64,000 bases of DNA from a virus. The stretch covers positions 1 through 64,000 of the IMG/VR virus record IMGVR_UViG_3300013094_004547. One strand, given 5' to 3'. Positions 18,125-25,889 of this stretch are shown in pieces (positions within the stretch are counted from its first letter, which is position 1; every line of letters begins with the position of its first letter). Under the pieces are notes generated by a model, which made no database searches, had not been told where the DNA came from, and worked only from the letters and a program-made list of their open reading frames with translations. The position numbers and the translations under genes are program-made.

Positions 18125-18664
18125 TCAGGCGGAGGGCGCCAGACCGGCGAACGCGGCATCGATGTCCGCGAAGGTCGTGATCGTCGGCGGCCCGGCGTGA
18201 ATGCCGGCATCGCACGCGTCCTCGGCGACGAAGCAGGCCTGGACGTGGGCGAAAACGGCGAGCGCCACCGCTTTGAGCTGGTCTGCCGAGAGATCGATCC
18301 AGCCGGAGGTCGCCTTGAACTTGACCGAGGCGACCCCGGACGCCTGCATCCCGGCGAATGCGTTGGCCACCATGGACTGGCTGTCCCGGTCGGTCGCCAC
18401 GCGCACGCCTTTCACGTCGACGCCGCCGGTCTCGACGGCGTAGCGACGCGCGGCGGCGTACGCCACGAGGTCTGCCGCCGTGGCTACTGGCAGGACCGGA
18501 GCGGCGAAGGCGCCGCCGTCCCAGGTCCAGCCGAGCTTGGCCGCGCCCGCCGGATGGAAGCTCGCCGCGAGATCGGCCGAGAAACAGTCGATCGGCGCCA
18601 GGCCTTCAGGGGATGCCCATGCCTCGACGGCCACGCCATCCATCACGCGAAGGTAATCGGTCAT
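18125..18664 (-). CDS. Tail fibre assembly protein, DUF4376-like
   Basis: LVAYAAARRYAVETGG...TDRDSQ...HVQACF. Confidence 0.8.
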   Translation of the reverse strand: MTDYLRVMDGVAVEAWASPEGLAPIDCFSADLAASFHPAGAAKLGWTWDGGAFAAPVLPVATAADLVAYAAARRYAVETGGVDVKGVRVATDRDSQSMVANAFAGMQASGVASVKFKATSGWIDLSADQLKAVALAVFAHVQACFVAEDACDAGIHAGPPTITTFADIDAAFAGLAPSA

Positions 18665-18665
18665 T

Positions 18666-19559
18666 TCAGGCGTACTCCTCTACGATGACCATGCCCGGCG
18701 CGCCCGCCCCGCCGAGGTAGCCACCGCCGCTCGCCTGAGAGGATGCGCCGCTACCGCCGGAGCCAGCCGTGGCGGCGTCGGTTCCGTTGGCGCTGCTGGT
18801 GTAGACGCCGCCCGCAGCCGCCCCGACGTAGCTCTGGCCGCCGTTGCCGCTGGAGATGTTGGCCGAGCTGAAGGCGACTCCGTTGGCACCGGCGCCGCCG
18901 TTGCCGTTGTAGACGTTGCCGCCGACCCCCTGGCCGCCGACGCCGGCCGCATTGGAATAGGGCGAGTTGGCAGCCCCCGTGACGGTACCGCCCATCCCGC
19001 CGGTCGCCGATAGAAGGGACCCGAAAGAGGACGTGCCTCCGTTGTTGCCCGCCCCGCTGGCGGGCCCCTTCGGGCCGCCCGCGCCGACGGTGACCGCCAC
19101 CCCGGCGAAGCCGCTGGCGATGTCGGAGATGGCCACGCCCCCGGCGCCGCCGCCGGCGCCGACTGCGAACTGCCCCGAATTCGTCGCCGGGACGCCCGTT
19201 CCCGACCCGCCGCCGCCCACCGTGGTGATCCGCACTTTGTTGGTGCCGGCGGTCGGCGTGTAGGTCATGGTGCCGGGCGTCGAGAACACCCGGCGGGCGA
19301 TCAGCGAGCCCTTGGCGTAGTTGTTCGTGACGTAGGTGGCTGCAGCGTTGCTCGCGAGCTTCGGGATCGCCTGGGACAGCTGCGTCAGATCGGTGTTCGT
19401 CGGGGTCAGCCCGGCGGCCACGATCGTGGCGACGATCTCGCGCTGAGGGTATTCGAGCCCCTCCGCGCACGGGATCGATCCGGCGGTGTTGGTCGCCGGA
19501 TTGCCGTTGATGTAGCCAGCCGCCGGGTTCGTCTGATCGAAGGGCTTGTTGTAGATCAC
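18666..19559 (-). CDS. Gly-rich tail fibre protein
   Basis: QREIVATIVAAGLTP...DLTQL baseplate-attachment N-terminus; Gly-rich C-terminus ending GMVIVEEY. Confidence 0.8.
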   Translation of the reverse strand: MIYNKPFDQTNPAAGYINGNPATNTAGSIPCAEGLEYPQREIVATIVAAGLTPTNTDLTQLSQAIPKLASNAAATYVTNNYAKGSLIARRVFSTPGTMTYTPTAGTNKVRITTVGGGGSGTGVPATNSGQFAVGAGGGAGGVAISDIASGFAGVAVTVGAGGPKGPASGAGNNGGTSSFGSLLSATGGMGGTVTGAANSPYSNAAGVGGQGVGGNVYNGNGGAGANGVAFSSANISSGNGGQSYVGAAAGGVYTSSANGTDAATAGSGGSGASSQASGGGYLGGAGAPGMVIVEEYA

Positions 19560-19642
19560 GGGCGGACGCTCCGGACGCGCGCGGCCGCGCCCGAGCCGCG
19601 GACGCGGTCAGGTCAGGCCGTGCGATCGGTTGAGGGGCGGGG

Positions 19643-20437
19643 CTAGTAGAGCGGCACGCTTTCGGCCGGCAGCGGATCGCCGCCATGGTCGATGATGGTC
19701 AGCAGCGGGTCGGTGCCGCAGTGGTTCACGCCGGCCCGGAAGGGCACGTATTCCTGGTACTTCGGCGTGACGTTGGCGTAGTCGAACAGGATCTCGGTGT
19801 GCGCCGGCTTGTAGCGCCGGAACAGGCATTCGAGGTCCATGGCTTGGCTGAAGCGAACCATCGGATCGATGCCACACTGGCCGGCCCCGGCCCGAAACCA
19901 TGAGATCCGGGATCCGAAGACCCGCACGGTCCAGTAGAACCGGATCTCGGGCGGGCCGACTTGCCAGCGGTATTGCTCGCCGTTGGTGCCAGTCGCCCGC
20001 GTGTCTCCACAGCGGGAGATCCCGGCCATGAACGGCGAGTACTCGACGATCCGGATGACGTAGCCCAGCCGTGAGGCGACGTTGTAGAAGTAGGCCCGGC
20101 TCTGGCCACCCTCCGCGGTGATCCGTTCGATCAGCGCCAGGCGGCGCTCCTCAAGGGTGTACTGCTCCTGGACGCACGGGTCGGGCAGGCCAAAGGCACG
20201 CTCCCAGTCCGGCAGAAGCTCGGTGGTGAAGCGCGGGTCGAGCTCCAACTCCAGGAGGTCAGCCGCGCGCGGATCGACAACTGCGCCCCAGATCTCGGCC
20301 TGCCCGCGCACGAGCCGCATCAGGTCGCCGTCGGGATCGCGCGACCACGCCTCGCCAGTGGGCAGCAAGCGCGCGAAGGCCTGCGCGTAATCATCGCCGT
20401 CGCGGCGGATGAAGCCGTCGCCTGATCCGCCGCTCAT
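19643..20437 (-). CDS. Mu gp48-like baseplate protein (YmfQ/DUF2313)
   Basis: LLPTGEAW, LLPDWERAFGLPD, GGQSRAYF, LECLFRRYKPAHT; start MSGGSG at 20437. Confidence 0.88.
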   Translation of the reverse strand: MSGGSGDGFIRRDGDDYAQAFARLLPTGEAWSRDPDGDLMRLVRGQAEIWGAVVDPRAADLLELELDPRFTTELLPDWERAFGLPDPCVQEQYTLEERRLALIERITAEGGQSRAYFYNVASRLGYVIRIVEYSPFMAGISRCGDTRATGTNGEQYRWQVGPPEIRFYWTVRVFGSRISWFRAGAGQCGIDPMVRFSQAMDLECLFRRYKPAHTEILFDYANVTPKYQEYVPFRAGVNHCGTDPLLTIIDHGGDPLPAESVPLY

Positions 20438-21507
20438 GGATACGAGATCCCGCCGCCGGCGGCTTGCGCTAGGCTCGCCATATGCCCGGGCGAGGCCATG
20501 ACAGCGTCGGCGAAGTCGAGGTCGAAGTAGCCGTCGCCGACCACCTCGGAGATCGCCGCCGACACCCAGGCGGCGTAGATCGTCTGGCCGGGGGCGGCGC
20601 GCTCCAGAAGCAGCAGCTGCAGCGCCGTCTCGATGGCGAGGCGCATCGACGGCGTGTCGTCGGATAGGTTGCGGATCGTGATCCCGAGCCCCTGCGGGAT
20701 CGGGGCGACCACGAAGAAGTCCTTCACGCAGACCGGCCGGACCGTGTCGAGGTAGGCCCGCACGTTCGCGACGTCGTCGTCGGTCGGGAGGCTGCCGTTG
20801 CCGGCGCGCAGCGCGTCGCACAGGAAGCGCACCACCACGGTGCCGATCCCCATGCCATTGGGGCTCGACCAGGCGCGGGTGACGCCCGGGACGGCGAGTG
20901 TCCACTGGATGTAGTCGTCGGCATCGCCGCCCATGGGCGGCCGGCGCAGGCGCAGCAGCACCCGGGTGCGGAGATCGTCGTCGCTCTCGGTGTCGGCCCC
21001 ACCGTCGATCAGGACGACGGTCGCCTGCGCGTTGACGTTGGAGACCGCCACCGTCAGCGACAGCGGAGCGCCGGCGTCCCGGTTGCCGATCGCGCCGGCG
21101 GTCAGGCAGGTCACCGCAACCTCGGTCGCGGTCGCCGAGAGGTAGACGTCGGCCGCGGTCTGGTACTGGACGCCGTCCGAGGTCGCTAGGATTGACCCGG
21201 CCGACAGGAGCGTGCCCTTGACGCCAGTGAGCGCGATCGTGCCGGAGGCGAAGGTCGCCGCCTTGGGCCCGCCGAACAGAATGTAGGCCCAGCGCAGCAG
21301 CCAGTCGCCCTCGGATTGATCCGGTAGCGCGTTCTTGGCGATGTAGGCGAGGTACTTCAGGTTCAGGAACGCGCCGCCGGCGTTCTGATCGGAGAGCACG
21401 CGCAGCGCGTTGTTCGGGACCGAGGCGTCGGCGCCCGGCAGGAACGCGGCCAAGTTATCGCGGTTCTGCCGGCGCACGCTCGGCAGGTCCGGCAGGTTGA
21501 ACGGCAT
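20434..21507 (-). CDS. Baseplate J / Mu gp47-like protein
   Basis: GGADTESDDDLRTR, PPMGGDADDY, VPGVTRAW. Confidence 0.92.
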   Translation of the reverse strand: MPFNLPDLPSVRRQNRDNLAAFLPGADASVPNNALRVLSDQNAGGAFLNLKYLAYIAKNALPDQSEGDWLLRWAYILFGGPKAATFASGTIALTGVKGTLLSAGSILATSDGVQYQTAADVYLSATATEVAVTCLTAGAIGNRDAGAPLSLTVAVSNVNAQATVVLIDGGADTESDDDLRTRVLLRLRRPPMGGDADDYIQWTLAVPGVTRAWSSPNGMGIGTVVVRFLCDALRAGNGSLPTDDDVANVRAYLDTVRPVCVKDFFVVAPIPQGLGITIRNLSDDTPSMRLAIETALQLLLLERAAPGQTIYAAWVSAAISEVVGDGYFDLDFADAVMASPGHMASLAQAAGGGISYP

Positions 21508-21580
21508 GGATCAGCCTCAGGCGCGCCGCGGGTGCGGCTTTCGGCGGGACGGCTTGGGCGATGGCGGGGGAAGGCGGGCG

Positions 21581-22105
21581 TCAGCCGATCGGCGCTGAGA
21601 CGACGATCCCCTGCCATAGATCACTGAAGCGGAGATCGAGCAGCAGCTCGTCGCCCCGGTACATCACGATCGACGCCGCGATCCGCTCGATGCCGGCGCG
21701 CACCACGGTGACGTCCAGCCGGGTCGCGATCTTCCGGTCCAGGAACGGCTGCAGCGCCTCACGGATATCGTCCTCGATCTGGACGGTGGTCGAGCCCTTG
21801 CGGGCGGCCACCCCGGTAATCGTGGTCCGGGAGCGCAGCCACAGCTTCGAGCCGATCGGCCAGCCGTCCCAAATCTCCTCCGCGTCGAGGTCGCCCCACC
21901 AGCCGCGGCGGTCGGCGTCTCTGCTGTCCGGGAGTTCGTCGTCTGGACCGGCGAGCGCGTCGGTCATCAGCGCGATCGTCACCGCGGTGGCGAGCTCGTC
22001 CGAGGTGTCGAGCTGGCCCGCCGGCGTGAGCAGCAGGTTGAGGTCGACGGCCTGAAAGGGCTGGCCCGGGGCCGTACCCTTCGGTGCAATCCGCACATCC
22101 GTCAT
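21581..22105 (-). CDS. Mu gp46-like baseplate protein
   Basis: LATAVTIALMTD, RRGWWGD, GSKLWL. Confidence 0.9.
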   Translation of the reverse strand: MTDVRIAPKGTAPGQPFQAVDLNLLLTPAGQLDTSDELATAVTIALMTDALAGPDDELPDSRDADRRGWWGDLDAEEIWDGWPIGSKLWLRSRTTITGVAARKGSTTVQIEDDIREALQPFLDRKIATRLDVTVVRAGIERIAASIVMYRGDELLLDLRFSDLWQGIVVSAPIG

Positions 22106-22115
22106 GTTGCGCTCC

Positions 22116-23165
22116 TCAGCCTGGGCCGCCGAAGCGCATCGACTTCGTCTGGCCCTGCACGAGCCGCTTCTGCGGCTCCAGGAAGTTCAGCGCCGGCCCG
22201 GCTTGGTCGGCCAGCCGCTGGAGCGTGCCCCGCAGGTTCGCGATCTGGCCGATCACCGGGTTCGCACCCGTGAGATGCGCGATCTGGTCCGTCAGCTCGG
22301 CAGCCTTCGCGGCGATCGCCGCCTCCGGACCGCCGCTGGCGTTCAGCGACGCCAGTTCGTCGACCAGGTCGTCGACCGCCGCGATAATTGGGTTGTTGGC
22401 GATCAGGCCGGCGATCTGCGCCTCGAGACCGGCGATCAAGCCCTCCAGGTTGCCCGAGAGAAGGCTGGCGAGCCCCGCGAGGTTCGGGTTCAGGAACCGC
22501 TGAAGCGCCTGCTCAACCTGCTCCTGCAAGTAGGCCTTCGCCTTGGCCTCAATCGCGGCCTCCATGGCCTTGAGGCCCGACGGATCCTGATTGAGGATCG
22601 GCGCCAGCGCGGAAAGGCCGGGGATCTGCGTCTGCGCGATCTCCCGCAGCTTCGATGTCACGTCGAACAAGCCGTGGAGGTTCTTCTCCGCCTGCGCGAC
22701 GCGGGCCGCGAGGCCCTTGAGCTGCTCGTTGAGCTCGAAATCTTTCGTGGCCGGTTTCGGGCCCGCCGTCACGGTGACCTTCTTGCCGGTGGTGTTGATG
22801 CCGTCCCGAGTGAGGTGGACGTGCTGCTTCTGGTCGTCGTGGTGGGCGCTCTCGCCCGGCTTCATGTTCTTCGGGCGGTGGCGCCGATCCGCGACGCTGA
22901 TCACCACCGGATGATCCGGGCTGCCGCCGAGATACGTGACCAAGGCCTCGGCCTGGTTCTGCTCCTGGTCGGTGGGCACCAACGGCACGCTGGTGAACCC
23001 GTAGGGATGCCAGTGCTCGACGTTGGTCAGCATCCGGCCGAAGCGGGCCCGGACCGTGACCTCCTGCATCTTCGTCTGGTCGCTCGCCTGGACCAGCGTG
23101 CCGCGCGAGATGCCGAGGTAAACGCGCCGCGCGGCATCGTCGGTGTCCGAGCGCAGCGTGCTCAT
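22116..23165 (-). CDS. Mu gp45-like baseplate spike with long helical C-terminal extension
   Basis: EHWHPYGFTSVP, LGGSPDHPVV, DRRHRPK..KPGE; last ~210 aa helical. Confidence 0.85.
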   Translation of the reverse strand: MSTLRSDTDDAARRVYLGISRGTLVQASDQTKMQEVTVRARFGRMLTNVEHWHPYGFTSVPLVPTDQEQNQAEALVTYLGGSPDHPVVISVADRRHRPKNMKPGESAHHDDQKQHVHLTRDGINTTGKKVTVTAGPKPATKDFELNEQLKGLAARVAQAEKNLHGLFDVTSKLREIAQTQIPGLSALAPILNQDPSGLKAMEAAIEAKAKAYLQEQVEQALQRFLNPNLAGLASLLSGNLEGLIAGLEAQIAGLIANNPIIAAVDDLVDELASLNASGGPEAAIAAKAAELTDQIAHLTGANPVIGQIANLRGTLQRLADQAGPALNFLEPQKRLVQGQTKSMRFGGPG

Positions 23166-24274
23166 GTCGAGGACTCGGGCTGGGCGGGCGTCGGGTTGGT
23201 GCCGAAGAAGCCGTCCGACGTAGTCGCGTCCGGATGCTGGACGTTCCAGGCGGCTTGGTTGCGCAGGTCGATCGAGGCGGTGGTCTGCCCTTCCGGTGAC
23301 TGCGCGTAGGTGTAGCCCCAGACCTTCAGGTCGAGCTGGCCCGAGTCCGTCGGGAACAGCATCGGCGATTTGACCGTCACGAACTCGGACAGGTCCCAGA
23401 GATTACCGGCCGGGTTGAGCCAGCCCTGGTAGGCAAGGCTCACCTGCAGGCGGGACGCCTCGATCGCCTGCGCCTCCATGTTGGTGCGCAGCTGCAGTTC
23501 CTTCTGCGAGAGCGGCATCTCGGCGAGCACGTTGCGGGTCAAACCCGGGACGCCGTCTAAAAGCTTCGATTGTGCGGAGATCTCCGAGGCCTTACGGCCG
23601 AACAGGCTGTCTGAGCCGGGCTGCTGGGCGTTGCCCTTGATGGCCGTGGCGAGCGGCATCTCTAAGCTGCAATTGCCCGAGAGGATGTTGACGCCTTCGG
23701 TGAAGACTAGGCTGCCACCAGTGGCCGACTTCGAGCCGGCCACGAGGTCACCGTTCGGCTCGGCCCAGAGCCAAAGGCCGCGCTGACGGCAGAGCCGCGA
23801 GATCGCGTCGAACGGCGTCTCCCCGTCGTGGATCACCACGTTCGGGAACGGCATGTTCCAGCCGTCCGGCCCGTTCTGGACCTTGAACTTGAGCCCGTGC
23901 GGCTTCAGCAGTCGGTTGGCAATCGCGTCGATCGGGTAGCCGCGGAACTGACCGGTGCCGGCGTCGGCCGAGACCTTCGTCAGCGGGCCGGCCGCGCTGT
24001 AGCCAGAGATCTGCACCCCGTGGCGGTTGGCATCATAGGCCGCCTGTCGCCTCTCGATGAAACCGCCCTCGATGACGACTTGGCCGGCCATCGCGATGTC
24101 GATGCGCGTACCGGGAAACAGGCGCTGCTGGAATTTACCGCTCACCTCCGTGCAGGTGAGCGCGAACCGACGCATCCACCGCGTCTCGATATCTTGAGTG
24201 ACCTGCACAGTCAGCCAGTCGCGGAAGGTGCCGCCGGTGGTGCGGACCTCGCAGATCAGATCAGAGCTGGGCAT
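23162..24274 (-). CDS. Mu gp44/P-like baseplate hub
   Basis: 370 aa; GETPFDAISRLCRQRG, GVNIL; gene order. Confidence 0.85.
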   Translation of the reverse strand: MPSSDLICEVRTTGGTFRDWLTVQVTQDIETRWMRRFALTCTEVSGKFQQRLFPGTRIDIAMAGQVVIEGGFIERRQAAYDANRHGVQISGYSAAGPLTKVSADAGTGQFRGYPIDAIANRLLKPHGLKFKVQNGPDGWNMPFPNVVIHDGETPFDAISRLCRQRGLWLWAEPNGDLVAGSKSATGGSLVFTEGVNILSGNCSLEMPLATAIKGNAQQPGSDSLFGRKASEISAQSKLLDGVPGLTRNVLAEMPLSQKELQLRTNMEAQAIEASRLQVSLAYQGWLNPAGNLWDLSEFVTVKSPMLFPTDSGQLDLKVWGYTYAQSPEGQTTASIDLRNQAAWNVQHPDATTSDGFFGTNPTPAQPESST

Positions 24275-24277
24275 GGT

Positions 24278-24952
24278 TCAGGCGGATAGTGCCCGGCCCG
24301 AAGCCGGCATGAACAGCGGGTGGACCGTGTCGCGGTTCTCCGCGAGCAGCTCGTCCGCTCGCCCTGCGTCGCCGAACAAGCGGTTGGACAGCGTCAGCAG
24401 CGGCATGCGGGTCGCGAAGGTGTAGGGCACGATCCGCGGCAGCGGGCGCGCCCGGGTGTTGAGGTCGCGAACCGCGGCCCCGTGCATCGCCAGGATCGAG
24501 CGCCACACGGCGGTGTTGAACCGCCCGGCCGCGAAATCCTCGGCCGGAATGAAGGCGGCGTTCACGCGCGCCAGTGCCGCGTCGATATCCTGGCGGCTCG
24601 TGAAGGCGGCGGCCGCGAGAATGCGGGTCATCTGGGCCAGAGCGAACACGGCCGCAGTCTGCGCGACACGCTGCACCGGCAGGTCAATTGCCGTGACGGC
24701 TTGCGCCTCTTGCCGAACCCGATCCATGCCGGCGAAGGTGGCGCCGGCCGTGGTCGCCGCCCGATAGCAGGCCAGCAGCGGCGGACCGAAGGTGCCGGCC
24801 TGAACCTGATCGACCGCATCGGCCGAGAGGGCGCCGCAGAGCTGACGGAGAGTCGCCCCATCCTGGCTCGATGCGTCGACGCCCGAGGCCAATAGAGCGT
24901 CGAGGACGGCCTGCAGAGCCGCGACGGCGATACGGCGCTGCGCGAAGGTCAT
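24278..24952 (-). CDS. Mu gp43 (DNA circularisation protein) C-terminal half
   Basis: PLLTLSNRLFGDAGRADELLAEN...HPLFMP. Confidence 0.8.
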   Translation of the reverse strand: MTFAQRRIAVAALQAVLDALLASGVDASSQDGATLRQLCGALSADAVDQVQAGTFGPPLLACYRAATTAGATFAGMDRVRQEAQAVTAIDLPVQRVAQTAAVFALAQMTRILAAAAFTSRQDIDAALARVNAAFIPAEDFAAGRFNTAVWRSILAMHGAAVRDLNTRARPLPRIVPYTFATRMPLLTLSNRLFGDAGRADELLAENRDTVHPLFMPASGRALSA

Positions 24953-24958
24953 GCAGCT

Positions 24959-25432
24959 CTAGCTCCAATCGTCGGCGGTGCCGGCAGACAGCGCGGCGGC
25001 GTTCTCCGCATCAAGCGCCGCGGCCAACGCATTGGCCTGCGTGTTGTCGGTCGAAGCGGCTGCAATCCCGCCACTGGCATCGACGAACGCCATCTCGAAG
25101 TAGGCGATGCCGCCCTCTTCCTTGCGTTCAGCTCGCGGACCGAACTCGCAGCGCATGAACATGCGCCCGAGGATCGGGAGGATGAGGCTGCCCCCGCCTT
25201 CGCGGTTGAGGGCGCGCTCCAGCGCGTCGGCCTGATTGTTGTAATCATCGCCAATCACGTAGCCCGAGACGGTGACCCGGGTGACACGCTTGCCCAGGTC
25301 CTCGTCGAGGGAGCGGTCGCCCTTCGCGAACTCATAGGTGAAGCCGCGCCGCCCGTTGGTCCGGGAGTTGGCCGCGAGCTTGAACGGCACGCCCCGGTAC
25401 GAGGCGGGGCGGAGATCGTCACGCCAGGACAT
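24959..25432 (-). CDS. Mu gp43 (DNA circularisation protein) N-terminal domain
   Basis: WRDDLRPASYRGVPF, GRR, EDLG. Confidence 0.88.
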   Translation of the reverse strand: MSWRDDLRPASYRGVPFKLAANSRTNGRRGFTYEFAKGDRSLDEDLGKRVTRVTVSGYVIGDDYNNQADALERALNREGGGSLILPILGRMFMRCEFGPRAERKEEGGIAYFEMAFVDASGGIAAASTDNTQANALAAALDAENAAALSAGTADDWS

Positions 25433-25475
25433 CCAGTGACCTCGACAAGCCCCAGGCGGGGGGTAGGTTGCGCGG

Positions 25476-25886
25476 ATGCGACACGCCTCGATCGCCCTCG
25501 CCGTTGGTTCGGCCCTGTCGATGACGGGACCTGCAGCAGCACAGATGCCTCAGTCCGACGCGCTCCGGTTGGTGGGCGATATCCGTTGGGTCGGCGGTAA
25601 CTGCCCGGCCTTACGGGTGGATTATGCGGCGACGCAGCGCTTCATGGACCGGACCGGGCTGATCAACGCTTTCAGCCCTGACAGCCCCACGCAGCCCTAC
25701 CTGGCCCAGCACGATCGACAGCTCGACGAGGGGCTGAAGGCTGTCGGCACGGAAACGATGTGCCAGTCCCTGCTGGACAAGTATCGGCCCACCGGCCTGC
25801 TCATCATCCGATCCGCCCCCGAAATCGAAGACCTCAACAGAATGAGGTCGACGAACGGGGGTGGGCCGGTAACGCCTCTGAAATGA
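25476..25886 (+). CDS. Secreted protein inserted antisense in the tail operon (moron)
   Basis: Signal peptide ending PAAA, two Cys; fills the gap between tape measure and gp43. Confidence 0.7.
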   Translation: MRHASIALAVGSALSMTGPAAAQMPQSDALRLVGDIRWVGGNCPALRVDYAATQRFMDRTGLINAFSPDSPTQPYLAQHDRQLDEGLKAVGTETMCQSLLDKYRPTGLLIIRSAPEIEDLNRMRSTNGGGPVTPLK

Positions 25887-25889
25887 CCC

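Noticed and set aside
12762-19559. Diversity-generating retroelement or invertible tail-fibre cassette
   Set aside because: No reverse transcriptase, no TR/VR pair and no inverted fibre copies or flanking inverted repeats seen in the window
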